Assembly (NCBI GenBank): GCA_964478595.1
Contig: CAYZIN010000003.1
Location: forward strand, 1,357 to 65,356
From: an uncultured Candidatus Saccharibacteria bacterium
GTDB taxonomy: Bacteria; Patescibacteriota; Saccharimonadia; UBA4664; CAZJNH01
Length of the DNA stretch: 64,000 bases
Direction of reading: 5' to 3'
The first letter of the stretch is position 1. Each line of letters begins with the position of its first letter. Shown here one piece after another: positions 48,172 through 57,498 of this stretch. Position numbers and translations under genes: made by a program. Below the pieces are notes generated by a model. The model was not told where the DNA came from. It saw nothing but the letters and a program-made list of their open reading frames with translations, and did no database searches.

Positions 48172-48340
48172 GTTAGCCGCGTTTAATTTGGCTCGCGGGA
48201 TACAAAAAAGCCAATGCGGCTTCGGGGATGGATTCGGATGATTCCGAGTCCTATCAACCTCGAAGCCGTAATACTTTGTCCTTACTTCACGATCAGAGTA
48301 CAATCGCGAGCTAAGGAGAGGGTACATTAAAAACGGCTGG
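48172..48340 (+). ncRNA. ~170-nt structured RNA candidate
   Basis: GTTAGCCG/CGGCTGGC, TTTAAT/ATTAAA, TTGGCTCGCG/CGCGAGCTAA, TGCGGCTTCGGGG/CCTCGAAGCCGTA, GATTCGGA/TCCGAGTC. Confidence 0.55.
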
Positions 48341-48376
48341 CATTAAGCTGGCCGAAAAAAGACGAGGGGTGCGACG

Positions 48377-48682
48377 ATGGACGAGCTGTGGGAATATAAG
48401 CCCGATTGGGATCATTCCGTCGGCAGAAGCCTACGGACGCGCATCACCATCACCGGTCAGGGCATTGCGCCAGACGATCCGATTCGGATCACCCTAACGC
48501 GCACTGCAATCAAAGTCCATTGGCCGGAAGGCATCGAGATGCCGACCGACGAAGGGCACCGTTTCATCGGGGCTCTCAACGATCTTCTCCGCGACCAGCT
48601 GAGCTGGTTGTCGGCCGGAGTCGACCCACCGGAACCGAAACCATCACTCAAGGTGGTCGACCCGCACAACGCAGCGTCGTGA
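48377..48682 (+). CDS. Hypothetical protein
   Basis: SD GAGGGGT; GC-rich codon usage; followed by a terminator. Confidence 0.7.
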   Translation: MDELWEYKPDWDHSVGRSLRTRITITGQGIAPDDPIRITLTRTAIKVHWPEGIEMPTDEGHRFIGALNDLLRDQLSWLSAGVDPPEPKPSLKVVDPHNAAS

Positions 48683-48695
48683 CGCCACGCGCGGC

Positions 48696-48732
48696 GAAGG
48701 AGCGGCTGGATGTTTTCAGCCGCTCCTTTCTT
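48696..48732 (+). terminator. Intrinsic terminator
   Basis: GAAGGAGCGGCTGGA...TTCAGCCGCTCCTTTCTT. Confidence 0.8.
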
Positions 48733-48786
48733 GTTGTCAAAAACCAGATTAGCTGCTAGTCTATATGAGTCATTTTTAACGAAACA

Positions 48787-48826
48787 GTCTCGTTACTTAA
48801 TCCTCCGCTTAGCGGATCGACGAGAC
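48787..48826 (+). promoter_or_regulatory. rpsB leader hairpin (candidate autogenous operator)
   Basis: GTCTCGT/ACGAGAC enclosing TCCGC/GCGGA; TTGTCA-17-TAGTCT upstream. Confidence 0.5.
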
Positions 48827-48845
48827 AAAGGAAAGGATTTTAAAA

Positions 48846-49577
48846 TTGCCTGAATTAAAAGAGTTACTGGAAGCCGGAGCGCATTTTGGTCACCAAACGC
48901 GCCGCTGGAACCCTAAAATGGAGCGCTTTATTTATGGTGCCCGCGGCGGCGTACATATTATTGATCTGACTAAAACCGCTGATTTTATCAAAACGGCCGC
49001 TAAATTCGCCGAAGACACTGCTGCCAGCGGCAAACCGGTTCTGTTTGTTGGCACTAAGAGACAGGCGAGGGGAATCATCGAAGCTGCGGCCAAAAAAGCT
49101 GGCATGCCCTATATTATCGAGCGCTGGCTCGGCGGCACGCTAACTAACTGGCAAACCATTAAGCGCCAGATTGATCGGCTAAAGAAGCTCGAGGCAGACC
49201 TAGAAAGCGGGGATACCGAATCCAAATACAGCAAGAAAGAAGTGTCGGAGTTTAAGGAAGAAATTCGGAAGTTAAACCTGGTACTTGGCGGTGTTAAAGA
49301 CATGACCGAACTGCCGGGTGCCATTTACATAGTTGACTCGGTAAGGGAGCAAATTCCGATCGCCGAAGCCAAAAAACTGGGCATTCCGGTAATTGCGATC
49401 GCCGATACCAATTCCGACCCCGACCAAATCGACTTTCCGATTCCAGCTAACGACGACGCTATTAAATCGATCGCCATAATTACCGATGAAATTGCTAAAG
49501 CCGCTTTGGACGGGCGGGAAAAGCACCTAAAACAGGTGGCAAAAGCCGAGGCCCAGGCGGAGGTGGCCAGTGTCTAG
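48846..49577 (+). CDS. rpsB: 30S ribosomal protein S2
   Basis: LLEAGAHFGH, WNPKM, RWLGGTLTN, PANDD. Confidence 0.98.
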   Translation: MPELKELLEAGAHFGHQTRRWNPKMERFIYGARGGVHIIDLTKTADFIKTAAKFAEDTAASGKPVLFVGTKRQARGIIEAAAKKAGMPYIIERWLGGTLTNWQTIKRQIDRLKKLEADLESGDTESKYSKKEVSEFKEEIRKLNLVLGGVKDMTELPGAIYIVDSVREQIPIAEAKKLGIPVIAIADTNSDPDQIDFPIPANDDAIKSIAIITDEIAKAALDGREKHLKQVAKAEAQAEVASV

Positions 49578-50163
49578 CGTTGAGGATATTAAAAAACTCC
49601 GAGACATGACCGGCGCTGGTTTTTCGAGCGCCAAGGAGGCTTACGAAGAAGCCGAAGGTAATTTAGAAAAGGCGGTAGAAATACTGCGCAAGAAGGGTCT
49701 GGCCGGGGCTGCCAAGAAGGCCGGTCGGGAAGCCAAGCAGGGTTTGATTGAAGCCTATACGCATGGCGGCCGAATTGGCGCGATGGTTGAAATTAACTGC
49801 GAAACCGACTTTGTGGCTCGAACCGATGACTTCAAAAACTTTGTTCACGATATTGCCATGCATGTGGCTGCCTCAAATCCACTTTACGTCTCGGTTGACG
49901 ATATTCCAGAAGAGGTAATCGAAAAAGAAAAAGAGATTTACGGCGAAGAGGTTGCTGGAAAACCGGCCGATGTAGTTGAGAAAATCGTTTCCGGCAAGCT
50001 GGCCAAGTACTACTCAGACGTTTGTTTGCTAAACCAAGCCTTCGTTAAAGATCCCGACCAAACGATCGAAGATTTACGTACCGCTTTGGTCGCCAAAATT
50101 GGTGAGAATGTGGTAATTCGCCGGATCGCACGGTGGGAATTGGGCGAAGCTAGTGACAACTAG
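49570..50163 (+). CDS. tsf: Elongation factor Ts (short form)
   Basis: LRDMTGAG, EINCETDFVA. Confidence 0.97.
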   Translation: MSSVEDIKKLRDMTGAGFSSAKEAYEEAEGNLEKAVEILRKKGLAGAAKKAGREAKQGLIEAYTHGGRIGAMVEINCETDFVARTDDFKNFVHDIAMHVAASNPLYVSVDDIPEEVIEKEKEIYGEEVAGKPADVVEKIVSGKLAKYYSDVCLLNQAFVKDPDQTIEDLRTALVAKIGENVVIRRIARWELGEASDN

Positions 50164-50716
50164 AGAAATTGTCGATCAAGCACCCGACAAAATGGACAAA
50201 GCCCTCGAGTTTTTGGCTGAGGAGCTGAAAGGTCTTCGAACTGGCCGAGCCTCAACCGCGCTGGTTGAGGGAATTACGGTTGAGCAGTATGGGCAAAATA
50301 TGGCAATCAAGCAGGTGGCAACTCTTTCGGTGCCAGATCCGCGCACGATTCAGATCACGCCCTGGGACCCGACGATGGTAGCTGTGATCGAAAAAGCGAT
50401 TCGAGAGAGTCAAAGTTTGGGTTTGAATCCCAACAACGACGGCCACGCGATTCGGCTTAATCTTCCGCCGCTCAATGAAGAAACCCGCAAAAATCTGGTC
50501 AAGGTTTTGGGTGAGAAGATCGAGGCATGCCACATTAGCCTGCGCGGCATCCGCCACGAGCTTCTCGATGAAGTAAAGAAGCTGGAGAAGCAAAAGCAGG
50601 CCACTCAAGACGATGTGAAGTTTGCTGAAACTAAGCTCAACGAAAAGATCGATGAATACCGCGGCAAAATCAAGCAAATTGAGGAAGCCAAAACCAAAGA
50701 AATAATGGAAGTTTAA
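50153..50716 (+). CDS. frr: Ribosome recycling factor
   Basis: LRTGRAS, ITPWD, LNPNNDG, PPLNEETRK. Confidence 0.97.
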   Translation: MTTREIVDQAPDKMDKALEFLAEELKGLRTGRASTALVEGITVEQYGQNMAIKQVATLSVPDPRTIQITPWDPTMVAVIEKAIRESQSLGLNPNNDGHAIRLNLPPLNEETRKNLVKVLGEKIEACHISLRGIRHELLDEVKKLEKQKQATQDDVKFAETKLNEKIDEYRGKIKQIEEAKTKEIMEV

Positions 50717-50733
50717 GGATATACTTAAGCGCA

Positions 50734-51465
50734 ATGACACCTCAATCGAACCCCCAACCAATCTCTACCGACACCGAAACCATTGTTCCGACTCACCTCG
50801 GTTTAATTCTCGATGGTAATCGCCGCTGGGCCAAAGAAAACGGATTGCCTCAAATGGAGGGGCATCGGCGGGGCTACGAGAAAGTCAAAAAAGTGGCAGA
50901 AGAGGCGTTTAATCGCGGCGTAAAATACGTCTCGGTTTATGCTTTATCGGCGGAAAATCTCAACCGCAGCAAAGAGGAGGTAAACTACCTCATGAAGTTG
51001 CTGTATTGGGTGGCCACTCACGAAGTTGATGAGCTGGACGGCAAAAACATCAAAATCATCTGGATGGGCGAGGCGGATGGATTAGTGCCAAAGGTCGTTA
51101 AGGCGATTAAGGCCGCCGAGGTCAAGACGGCTAAAAATACTGGCGGGGTACTGGTGCTTTGCGTTAATTACAGCGGGCAACAGGAGATCGCGACAGCTGC
51201 GGCCAAGATGATTCAGGCCGGAGTCAAACAGGAAGAGGTCACGCTACAAAAAGTTGCCGATTATTTATATGCTCCCGAGGTACCGTCTTGCGACCTGATC
51301 GTTCGGACTTCGGGGGAACAGCGATTGTCGAATTTCCAGCTCTGGCGAGCAAATTATGCGGAGCTGCTATTTATTGATGAGTATTGGCCAGGGATCGATG
51401 CGAACGAGTTTCTCGACACCTGTCTGGCTCATTTCACGGCTCGGGCTCGCCGCTTCGGCAAATAA
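50734..51465 (+). CDS. uppS: Polyprenyl diphosphate synthase
   Basis: ILDGNRRWA, RTSGEQRLSNF. Confidence 0.97.
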   Translation: MTPQSNPQPISTDTETIVPTHLGLILDGNRRWAKENGLPQMEGHRRGYEKVKKVAEEAFNRGVKYVSVYALSAENLNRSKEEVNYLMKLLYWVATHEVDELDGKNIKIIWMGEADGLVPKVVKAIKAAEVKTAKNTGGVLVLCVNYSGQQEIATAAAKMIQAGVKQEEVTLQKVADYLYAPEVPSCDLIVRTSGEQRLSNFQLWRANYAELLFIDEYWPGIDANEFLDTCLAHFTARARRFGK

Positions 51466-51486
51466 TTTCTGGTAAGCTAAGAGGGT

Positions 51487-52575
51487 ATGATCATAAGCAT
51501 TTTAATTGTGGCTGCGACGCTGTCCCTGCTCGTTTTCATTCACGAGCTGGGGCATTTTATTGCCGCCAAACGATCGGGAGTAGAGGTAAGGGAGTTTGGT
51601 TTTGGTTTTCCGCCGCGGCTATTTGGGGTTAAGCGAGGCGGGACAATTTTTTCGATTAATCTGATTCCGCTTGGCGGCTTCGTAAAGCTAAAGGGCGATC
51701 TGGAAAACGAAGGCGGTTCGGGTAATTTTACCCAAGCCAGTTATGGCAGGAAGTCGAAAATTCTACTGGCGGGCGTGGCCATGAACTTGCTGGTGGGGTA
51801 TTTACTGCTGGTGTTTTTGGCAATTACCGGTTTACCGCCGGTGCCAGGCGTTAACCCGAATCAACGAGGCGTAACCTATGTCCAACCACCCCAAGTGATC
51901 GTTTCGGAGGTCTTAAATGGTTCGGCGGCCCAGCGCGCGGGATTTAAGAAAGGCGACGTAGTTTTGAGCGCAAACGATGAAGTCATAACCGGCCCCAAGC
52001 AGCTGCAACAATTTACCTCTCACCACGCCGGCGATTTAGTGAATTTTAAGATCAAAAGGGGAAATCATACGTTCGATCAAGCAGCAACTCTCTCCGGCAC
52101 CGGGCAATTGGGCATCGGTTTGCAATCAGCCTATTTAATAAAATATTCGCCCCTGCCAGCTCTGTTGGTTTCGGCCAAACTGGTCGTCCAGATTATTGCT
52201 TCTACTATTGGTGGGTTTTTCAAAGCGATCTTTAATTTACCCAAGATTATCGGCGGCAGTTTCGGTAAAAATCGTCCGGCGGCGGCCAACGGCGTGATCG
52301 GTCCGGTAGGGATAGTGTCGATTGTGAGCGGTATTTTGTATCTTGGCTTCCGCTACATCCTAATCCTTGTAACCTTAATTTCAATTTCCCTTGCGGTAAT
52401 TAACACGCTGCCAATTCCAGTACTGGATGGCGGCCGCTGGCTGCTGATTACGATTAACAAACTCGCACGCAGGGATTTGACCAAACCGATCGAAAGTTTT
52501 TTGTTTGGTCTAAGCTACGCTTTCTTGATTGTACTGATTGTGACGGTCACTTATTTGGATATTAGGTTCCATTGA
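51487..52575 (+). CDS. rseP: RseP-like M50 site-2 protease with PDZ
   Basis: HELGH, PLGGFVKL, NTLPIPVLDGG. Confidence 0.93.
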   Translation: MIISILIVAATLSLLVFIHELGHFIAAKRSGVEVREFGFGFPPRLFGVKRGGTIFSINLIPLGGFVKLKGDLENEGGSGNFTQASYGRKSKILLAGVAMNLLVGYLLLVFLAITGLPPVPGVNPNQRGVTYVQPPQVIVSEVLNGSAAQRAGFKKGDVVLSANDEVITGPKQLQQFTSHHAGDLVNFKIKRGNHTFDQAATLSGTGQLGIGLQSAYLIKYSPLPALLVSAKLVVQIIASTIGGFFKAIFNLPKIIGGSFGKNRPAAANGVIGPVGIVSIVSGILYLGFRYILILVTLISISLAVINTLPIPVLDGGRWLLITINKLARRDLTKPIESFLFGLSYAFLIVLIVTVTYLDIRFH

Positions 52576-53294
52576 AGCTAAACGCTAAATTCGACGTTCC
52601 ATGGGGTTGGCGGGAGGCGATGTTTGTTTACATGGCGTCTTGGATCGGCTTGCCAATTTTGCTAGTACTGCTTTTAAGGTTCGTTGGCGTTTTTAAGCTC
52701 GTTTCAGCCCTCGCACACGGTGTGGCTAAAGGCGAAATAACTTCGGCTTTTGTTTTTTTATTAATAAATGGGGTCGCGGCGCTGCTTTTGGTGCGTTATT
52801 TTCTTAAAAAACACAAGGTTGGTTGGGACAAAGTTGGGTGGCGTCCGTTTAATTTATTTAAGGCAGCGTTACTAATTTTGATTGGCCTGGGCGTTTTTTT
52901 GGTGGCGGCGCATTTAATTTTTATCCTAATTGCTCACTTATTCCCGCACTTTAACGCCAGTCAACCTCAGGTCAACGATTTCACAACCGGCGCAAAAGCT
53001 TCGCCCAAGTTGAGTTTGATTGCTCTGGTTTTGATCCCACCGATCATTGAAGAAACGGTTTTTCGCGGCTTTATTTTTCCGGCGATTTCCGACCAGTTTG
53101 GCATGATTACTGGAGTAATCGGTTCGAGTTTATTGTTTGCGGTAGCTCATTTGCAGCTTAACGTTTCGGTCTACACCTTTGTGCTGGGCTGCTTGCTTGC
53201 TATGATGTATGCGAAAACTAGAAGTATTTGGCCGGGCATATTCTTGCACATGTTAAATAACTATTTGGCCTATACGGTCATCCTTGGGAAATAA
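52572..53294 (+). CDS. CPBP (CAAX/Abi) intramembrane metalloprotease
   Basis: EETVFRG, FAVAH, H.LNN. Confidence 0.92.
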   Translation: MKLNAKFDVPWGWREAMFVYMASWIGLPILLVLLLRFVGVFKLVSALAHGVAKGEITSAFVFLLINGVAALLLVRYFLKKHKVGWDKVGWRPFNLFKAALLILIGLGVFLVAAHLIFILIAHLFPHFNASQPQVNDFTTGAKASPKLSLIALVLIPPIIEETVFRGFIFPAISDQFGMITGVIGSSLLFAVAHLQLNVSVYTFVLGCLLAMMYAKTRSIWPGIFLHMLNNYLAYTVILGK

Positions 53295-54532
53295 TGAGAC
53301 TATCTGAAACGTTCGCTAAAACCACCAAAACCATCGCCGAGAACGAGTCGGTCCATTATAAGTTGTTGGTTCGGGCTGGGTTTATCGACCAGCTGGCGGC
53401 CGGCATTTACAGCTACTTGCCGCTGGGCTTGCGAGTGCTGCGCAAGATCGAAAACGTGGTCCGGGAAGAAATGAACGGGATTGGAGGAGAAGAGATTCTA
53501 ATGCCAATTTTGCACCCGGCAGCCAACTGGAAAACGACCGGTGGGTGGAATCAAATCGACATTTTGTTTAAGCTCAAAAGCCGGACCGGCCAGGAGTACG
53601 CCTTGGGCCAAAGCGAAGAAGAGGTGGTAACGCCGCTGGTGATGCAGAGGCTTAAATCCTACAAGGATCTGCCCAAAAGCGTTTATCAGATTCACTGGAA
53701 GTATCGCGACGAGCTGCGAGCCAAATCTGGTATATTACGCGGCCGCGAATTTTATATGAAAGATATGTATAGCTTTCATACCGATCAGGGTGATTTTGAT
53801 AATTACTACGAGACGGTAAAACAAGCGTACTTGCGAATTTACGACCGTTTAGGGTTGCAGGCTAAGGTGACCGAGGCGTCCGGTGGATTGTTTAGCGAAA
53901 AGATCTCCTACGAATTTGAGGTTTTAACGGATGCCGGGGAAGACGACATTTTGTACTGTGAGGATTGCGACTACTGCATTAACACCGAAATAGCCAAAAC
54001 CAAAGCCGGGGATAAGTGCCCGAGTTGCGGTAAAGGCAAATTGAAAAAAGCGAAGGCGTCTGAAGTTGGTAATGTTTTTGATCTCGGCCAGAAATACACC
54101 AAAGCCTTTGATTTGTCGGTTAGCGACCCTTCGGATAAGCCAATTTATCCGATTATGGGTTGCTTTGGTCTGGGGATTAGCCGGGTTATGGGCGTAATTG
54201 CCGAAAAGTTTAACGACGAGCATGGCCTGATTTGGCCCAAAAGCGTAGCCCCAGCTGATGTTCATATCGTAACGATCAGTGAAGATACGGCGGTTAAAGA
54301 GGCGGGCGATAAGTTGCACCAGTTGCTGGAAGATTCCGGCAAAGTGGTCATTTTAGATGACCGAGACGTATCGGCTGGCGCAAAGTTTGCCGATGCTGAT
54401 TTGATAGGTGTGCCGCTGCGCGTGACGATTAGTCCGAAAACCCTCGAGAAAAACTCCGTCGAACTCAAGGTTCGCTCCGAAAAAGACTCTAAACTCGTTG
54501 AGCTCTCCAAACTCCAGTCGACTCTCGAATGA
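53294..54532 (+). CDS. proS: Proline--tRNA ligase (short bacterial type without editing domain)
   Basis: AAGIYSYLPLG, KYRDELR, REFYMKDMYSF, MGCFGLGISR, DADLIG. Confidence 0.96.
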   Translation: MRLSETFAKTTKTIAENESVHYKLLVRAGFIDQLAAGIYSYLPLGLRVLRKIENVVREEMNGIGGEEILMPILHPAANWKTTGGWNQIDILFKLKSRTGQEYALGQSEEEVVTPLVMQRLKSYKDLPKSVYQIHWKYRDELRAKSGILRGREFYMKDMYSFHTDQGDFDNYYETVKQAYLRIYDRLGLQAKVTEASGGLFSEKISYEFEVLTDAGEDDILYCEDCDYCINTEIAKTKAGDKCPSCGKGKLKKAKASEVGNVFDLGQKYTKAFDLSVSDPSDKPIYPIMGCFGLGISRVMGVIAEKFNDEHGLIWPKSVAPADVHIVTISEDTAVKEAGDKLHQLLEDSGKVVILDDRDVSAGAKFADADLIGVPLRVTISPKTLEKNSVELKVRSEKDSKLVELSKLQSTLE

Positions 54533-54993
54533 TCAACTTGCGCCAGGCCAAGCCGGATGAGGTTCGGGGGATTCAAGACCTTAACGACTTAGTTTTTGCC
54601 GATAACGTTAAGTATGATCCAGACCTTGATCCAGGTTGGGCTCAGTCGGATAAGGGTCGCAAGTACTTTACCGACCGTCTCAGTGACCCGACTGCTTATT
54701 TTGTGGTGGCAGAGGAGGGTGGTCGTCTAGTTGGCTACGCTAACGCTCAACCGATTAAAGAGTTTGAATACCGCGAGCATAAATATGTGGAGATCGACAA
54801 TTTGGGGGTCATTCCGGAGTATCGCCGGCAGGGCATCGCATCGAAGCTACTGGATGAATGTCTGTCTTGGGCGAAAGGCGAAGGCTACGAAAAAGTTTAT
54901 CTTCAAAGCTACGCCAAAAACACCGGCGCCCGAGAATTCTACAAAAAGTTGGGTTACCACGAGATCGATATCGGGCTCGAAAAAGACCTTTAG
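54529..54993 (+). CDS. GNAT family acetyltransferase
   Basis: V.PEYRRQGIA, N..A..FYKKLGY. Confidence 0.92.
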   Translation: MINLRQAKPDEVRGIQDLNDLVFADNVKYDPDLDPGWAQSDKGRKYFTDRLSDPTAYFVVAEEGGRLVGYANAQPIKEFEYREHKYVEIDNLGVIPEYRRQGIASKLLDECLSWAKGEGYEKVYLQSYAKNTGAREFYKKLGYHEIDIGLEKDL

Positions 54994-55129
54994 TTGAGCA
55001 CAAAAGTTGTACAACTGATCAAGTAAACCCCTGGTCCGTTTTGGTGTTCAATAAAAAGGTTCAAAACCGCTTGAGCTAATCTGTAAACGTAGGTTAAACT
55101 GGAATGAATGATTGTGGGAGAGGGCGAGT

Positions 55130-56188
55130 TTGATTAAACGTGTTTTGGGTAGATTTTCGCACGATGTTGGCATCGACTTAGGAACAGCCAACACGCTTGT
55201 TTATGTCCGCGGCAAGGGGATCGTTATCAACGAACCCAGCGTTGTGGCCATTAACAAGCACAACAACCAGATACTGGCCATCGGCGACGAAGCCAAACAA
55301 ATGGTCGGCAAAACTCCGGCTTCGATTGTTGCAACCCGGCCGCTGGTAGACGGCGTAGTTAGTGACTTCGAAGTGACCGAGCAGATGCTGCGCTATTTTA
55401 TCGATAAAGTTCACAAAGAAAGCTTTACGGTAGTGCCAAGGCCGCGGGTGGTGATTGGAATTCCCTCTGGCGTGACCGAGGTAGAGAAGCGGGCGGTAGA
55501 AGATGCGGCTACTAACGCCGGAGCCCGCCAAACTTTCCTGGTTGAAGAGCCGATGGCGGCGGCAATTGGCAGCCGGCTGCCAATTCACGATGCGGCCGGT
55601 TCGATGATCGTCGATATTGGCGGTGGTACGACCGAGGTGGCAATTATTTCGCTGGGTGGGATCGTGACTTCTCGTTCCCTACGGATTGCCGGCGACGAGC
55701 TAAACGAAGACGTCATGCACTACGCTCGTGATGAATTTAACCTCCAAATCGGGGAGAGAACCGCCGAGGCTATTAAGATTGGTATCGGGTCGGCTTATCA
55801 AATGAGCGGCGACGACAAGAAAACTATGCCAATGCGAGGACGGGATTTGGTTACTGGTTTACCTCGAGAGATAAAGGTGTCGTCTGAGCAAATTCGCTTA
55901 GCGTTGATGCGCAGCGTGGCCGAAATCGTCGACGCCATTAAAATTACCATTGAAGAGACTCCTCCGGAGCTTGTAGCCGACATTATGGGCCGCGGGATTT
56001 ATTTGGCTGGCGGCGGCGCATTACTTAACGGGCTGGCTCTGCTGGTTCACCGTGAGACTCGGATGCCGGTTAAAATTACCGATGACCCATTAACTACCGT
56101 TGTCCGGGGCACCGGCCTAGTTTTGGAAGACTTGGATAAACTGAAAGACATTATTGTGCCGACTCAGTTCGGCAAAATTCCCAGGTAG
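55130..56188 (+). CDS. mreB: Rod shape-determining protein MreB
   Basis: GIDLGTANT, EEPMAAAIG, DIGGGTTE, GRDLVTGLP. Confidence 0.98.
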   Translation: MIKRVLGRFSHDVGIDLGTANTLVYVRGKGIVINEPSVVAINKHNNQILAIGDEAKQMVGKTPASIVATRPLVDGVVSDFEVTEQMLRYFIDKVHKESFTVVPRPRVVIGIPSGVTEVEKRAVEDAATNAGARQTFLVEEPMAAAIGSRLPIHDAAGSMIVDIGGGTTEVAIISLGGIVTSRSLRIAGDELNEDVMHYARDEFNLQIGERTAEAIKIGIGSAYQMSGDDKKTMPMRGRDLVTGLPREIKVSSEQIRLALMRSVAEIVDAIKITIEETPPELVADIMGRGIYLAGGGALLNGLALLVHRETRMPVKITDDPLTTVVRGTGLVLEDLDKLKDIIVPTQFGKIPR

Positions 56189-57007
56189 ATGAAGGTTGGA
56201 GGCAGACAATTTAATCGGCCGGTTGGGCGGCGCATTTTAGGATTGATTTTGCTGGGTGCTCTTCTAGTTGGATTGGGAAGATTTGGCTGGACGAAGCCGC
56301 TGAATGTGGTTGCTGACTACACCGTAAATCCGATCGGCTCTTGGTTTGCCGGTCTTGGCCGAGGCAGCAACGGTTTTTTTGGCACTATTGGCAAAGCTAG
56401 CCGACTGGCCGCTAACAACGCCGAGCTAACAGGCGACAACGCCGATTTACGCCAGAGAGTTAGCCAGGATGCCGAGCTAAAGGTTGAAAACGCGGAACTG
56501 CGAAGGGTGTTGAATTTTAGCGAAAGCCACGATTTTAATCTGGTGGTGGCTCGGGTGGTGGCTTACCAGCCCGACAACTTTCGCCAGTTTTTAACTATTA
56601 ACCGAGGCAGTCGGGATGGGATCAAAGTCGGTCAGGCGGTGGTCGGTGAGGGAATTTTGGTCGGTAATATTTCAGAGGTTGCACCAACATCCGCCAAGGT
56701 TTTTTTGGTCAGTGACCCTGACTTTCGAGTAGCGGGCTTAAGTCAAGAAAGCCGGGCCACCGGAATTGTGAGCGGGCAACTGGGGGGTGGACTTTTGATG
56801 GACCAAATCGCCCAAAGTGACACGATCACTCCTGGCGATACGATTATTACCAGCGGATTGGGTGGAGAGTTTCCGCAGGGGTTGATTATCGGTAAAGTTG
56901 ATAGCATTTCAACTGCAAAGGGCGCGGTTTTCCAATCGGCCAAACTCTCAAACGGCTTGGTAATGTCTAAACTCGATTTAGTGTCGGTGATTACGGGAGC
57001 CAAATGA
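56189..57007 (+). CDS. mreC: Rod shape-determining protein MreC
   Basis: ENAELR, INRGSRDG, TSGLGGEFP.G. Confidence 0.95.
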   Translation: MKVGGRQFNRPVGRRILGLILLGALLVGLGRFGWTKPLNVVADYTVNPIGSWFAGLGRGSNGFFGTIGKASRLAANNAELTGDNADLRQRVSQDAELKVENAELRRVLNFSESHDFNLVVARVVAYQPDNFRQFLTINRGSRDGIKVGQAVVGEGILVGNISEVAPTSAKVFLVSDPDFRVAGLSQESRATGIVSGQLGGGLLMDQIAQSDTITPGDTIITSGLGGEFPQGLIIGKVDSISTAKGAVFQSAKLSNGLVMSKLDLVSVITGAK

Positions 57008-57498
57008 AGCGCATCATCTTGACCGGCTTAATGCTTCTGGTTGTGCTCTGTCTGCAAGTTGGTTTTCTGGGCGGTTGGCGGCCGCTGGGGGTATTACCTA
57101 ATCTGCTTTTGATCGCTCTTACCTATTGGGGTCTTAATCGACCAGCTAGCGAAACTTTGGCGGCGGCGCTAACTGGCGGATTGATCTTGGATTTGGCTTC
57201 TGGTGCCGATTTTGGTCTGCGATTGGCGTTTTATAGTTTTTACGCTTTGGGGGTGATTTATTTGAAGCAACGCGGGGCTGGGCAGTCGATTCTAGTTGTT
57301 GGCGGGACGTTAATTGCCGGCACGATTTTATATAATCTGGTAGTTTTGTCGACGCTGGTCGCCGGTCACGTCGGTTTCAGGGTCATAATCGCTGCTAAGC
57401 TAATTGCCCTGGAGCTGATTTTGAATTTGTTAATTGCCTTTCTACCTCGCAAAATCTGGAGCTGGAGCTTGAAGCCTCCCCGTGGGTCATTGGCGTGA
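57004..57498 (+). CDS. mreD: Rod shape-determining protein MreD
   Basis: PNLLL, GLILD; located between mreC and PBP2. Confidence 0.85.
   Translation: MKRIILTGLMLLVVLCLQVGFLGGWRPLGVLPNLLLIALTYWGLNRPASETLAAALTGGLILDLASGADFGLRLAFYSFYALGVIYLKQRGAGQSILVVGGTLIAGTILYNLVVLSTLVAGHVGFRVIIAAKLIALELILNLLIAFLPRKIWSWSLKPPRGSLA

Noticed and set aside
47995-48327. 110-aa minus-strand ORF
   Set aside because: Antisense to a better-supported SD-led small ORF and structured RNA; no SD or promoter seen
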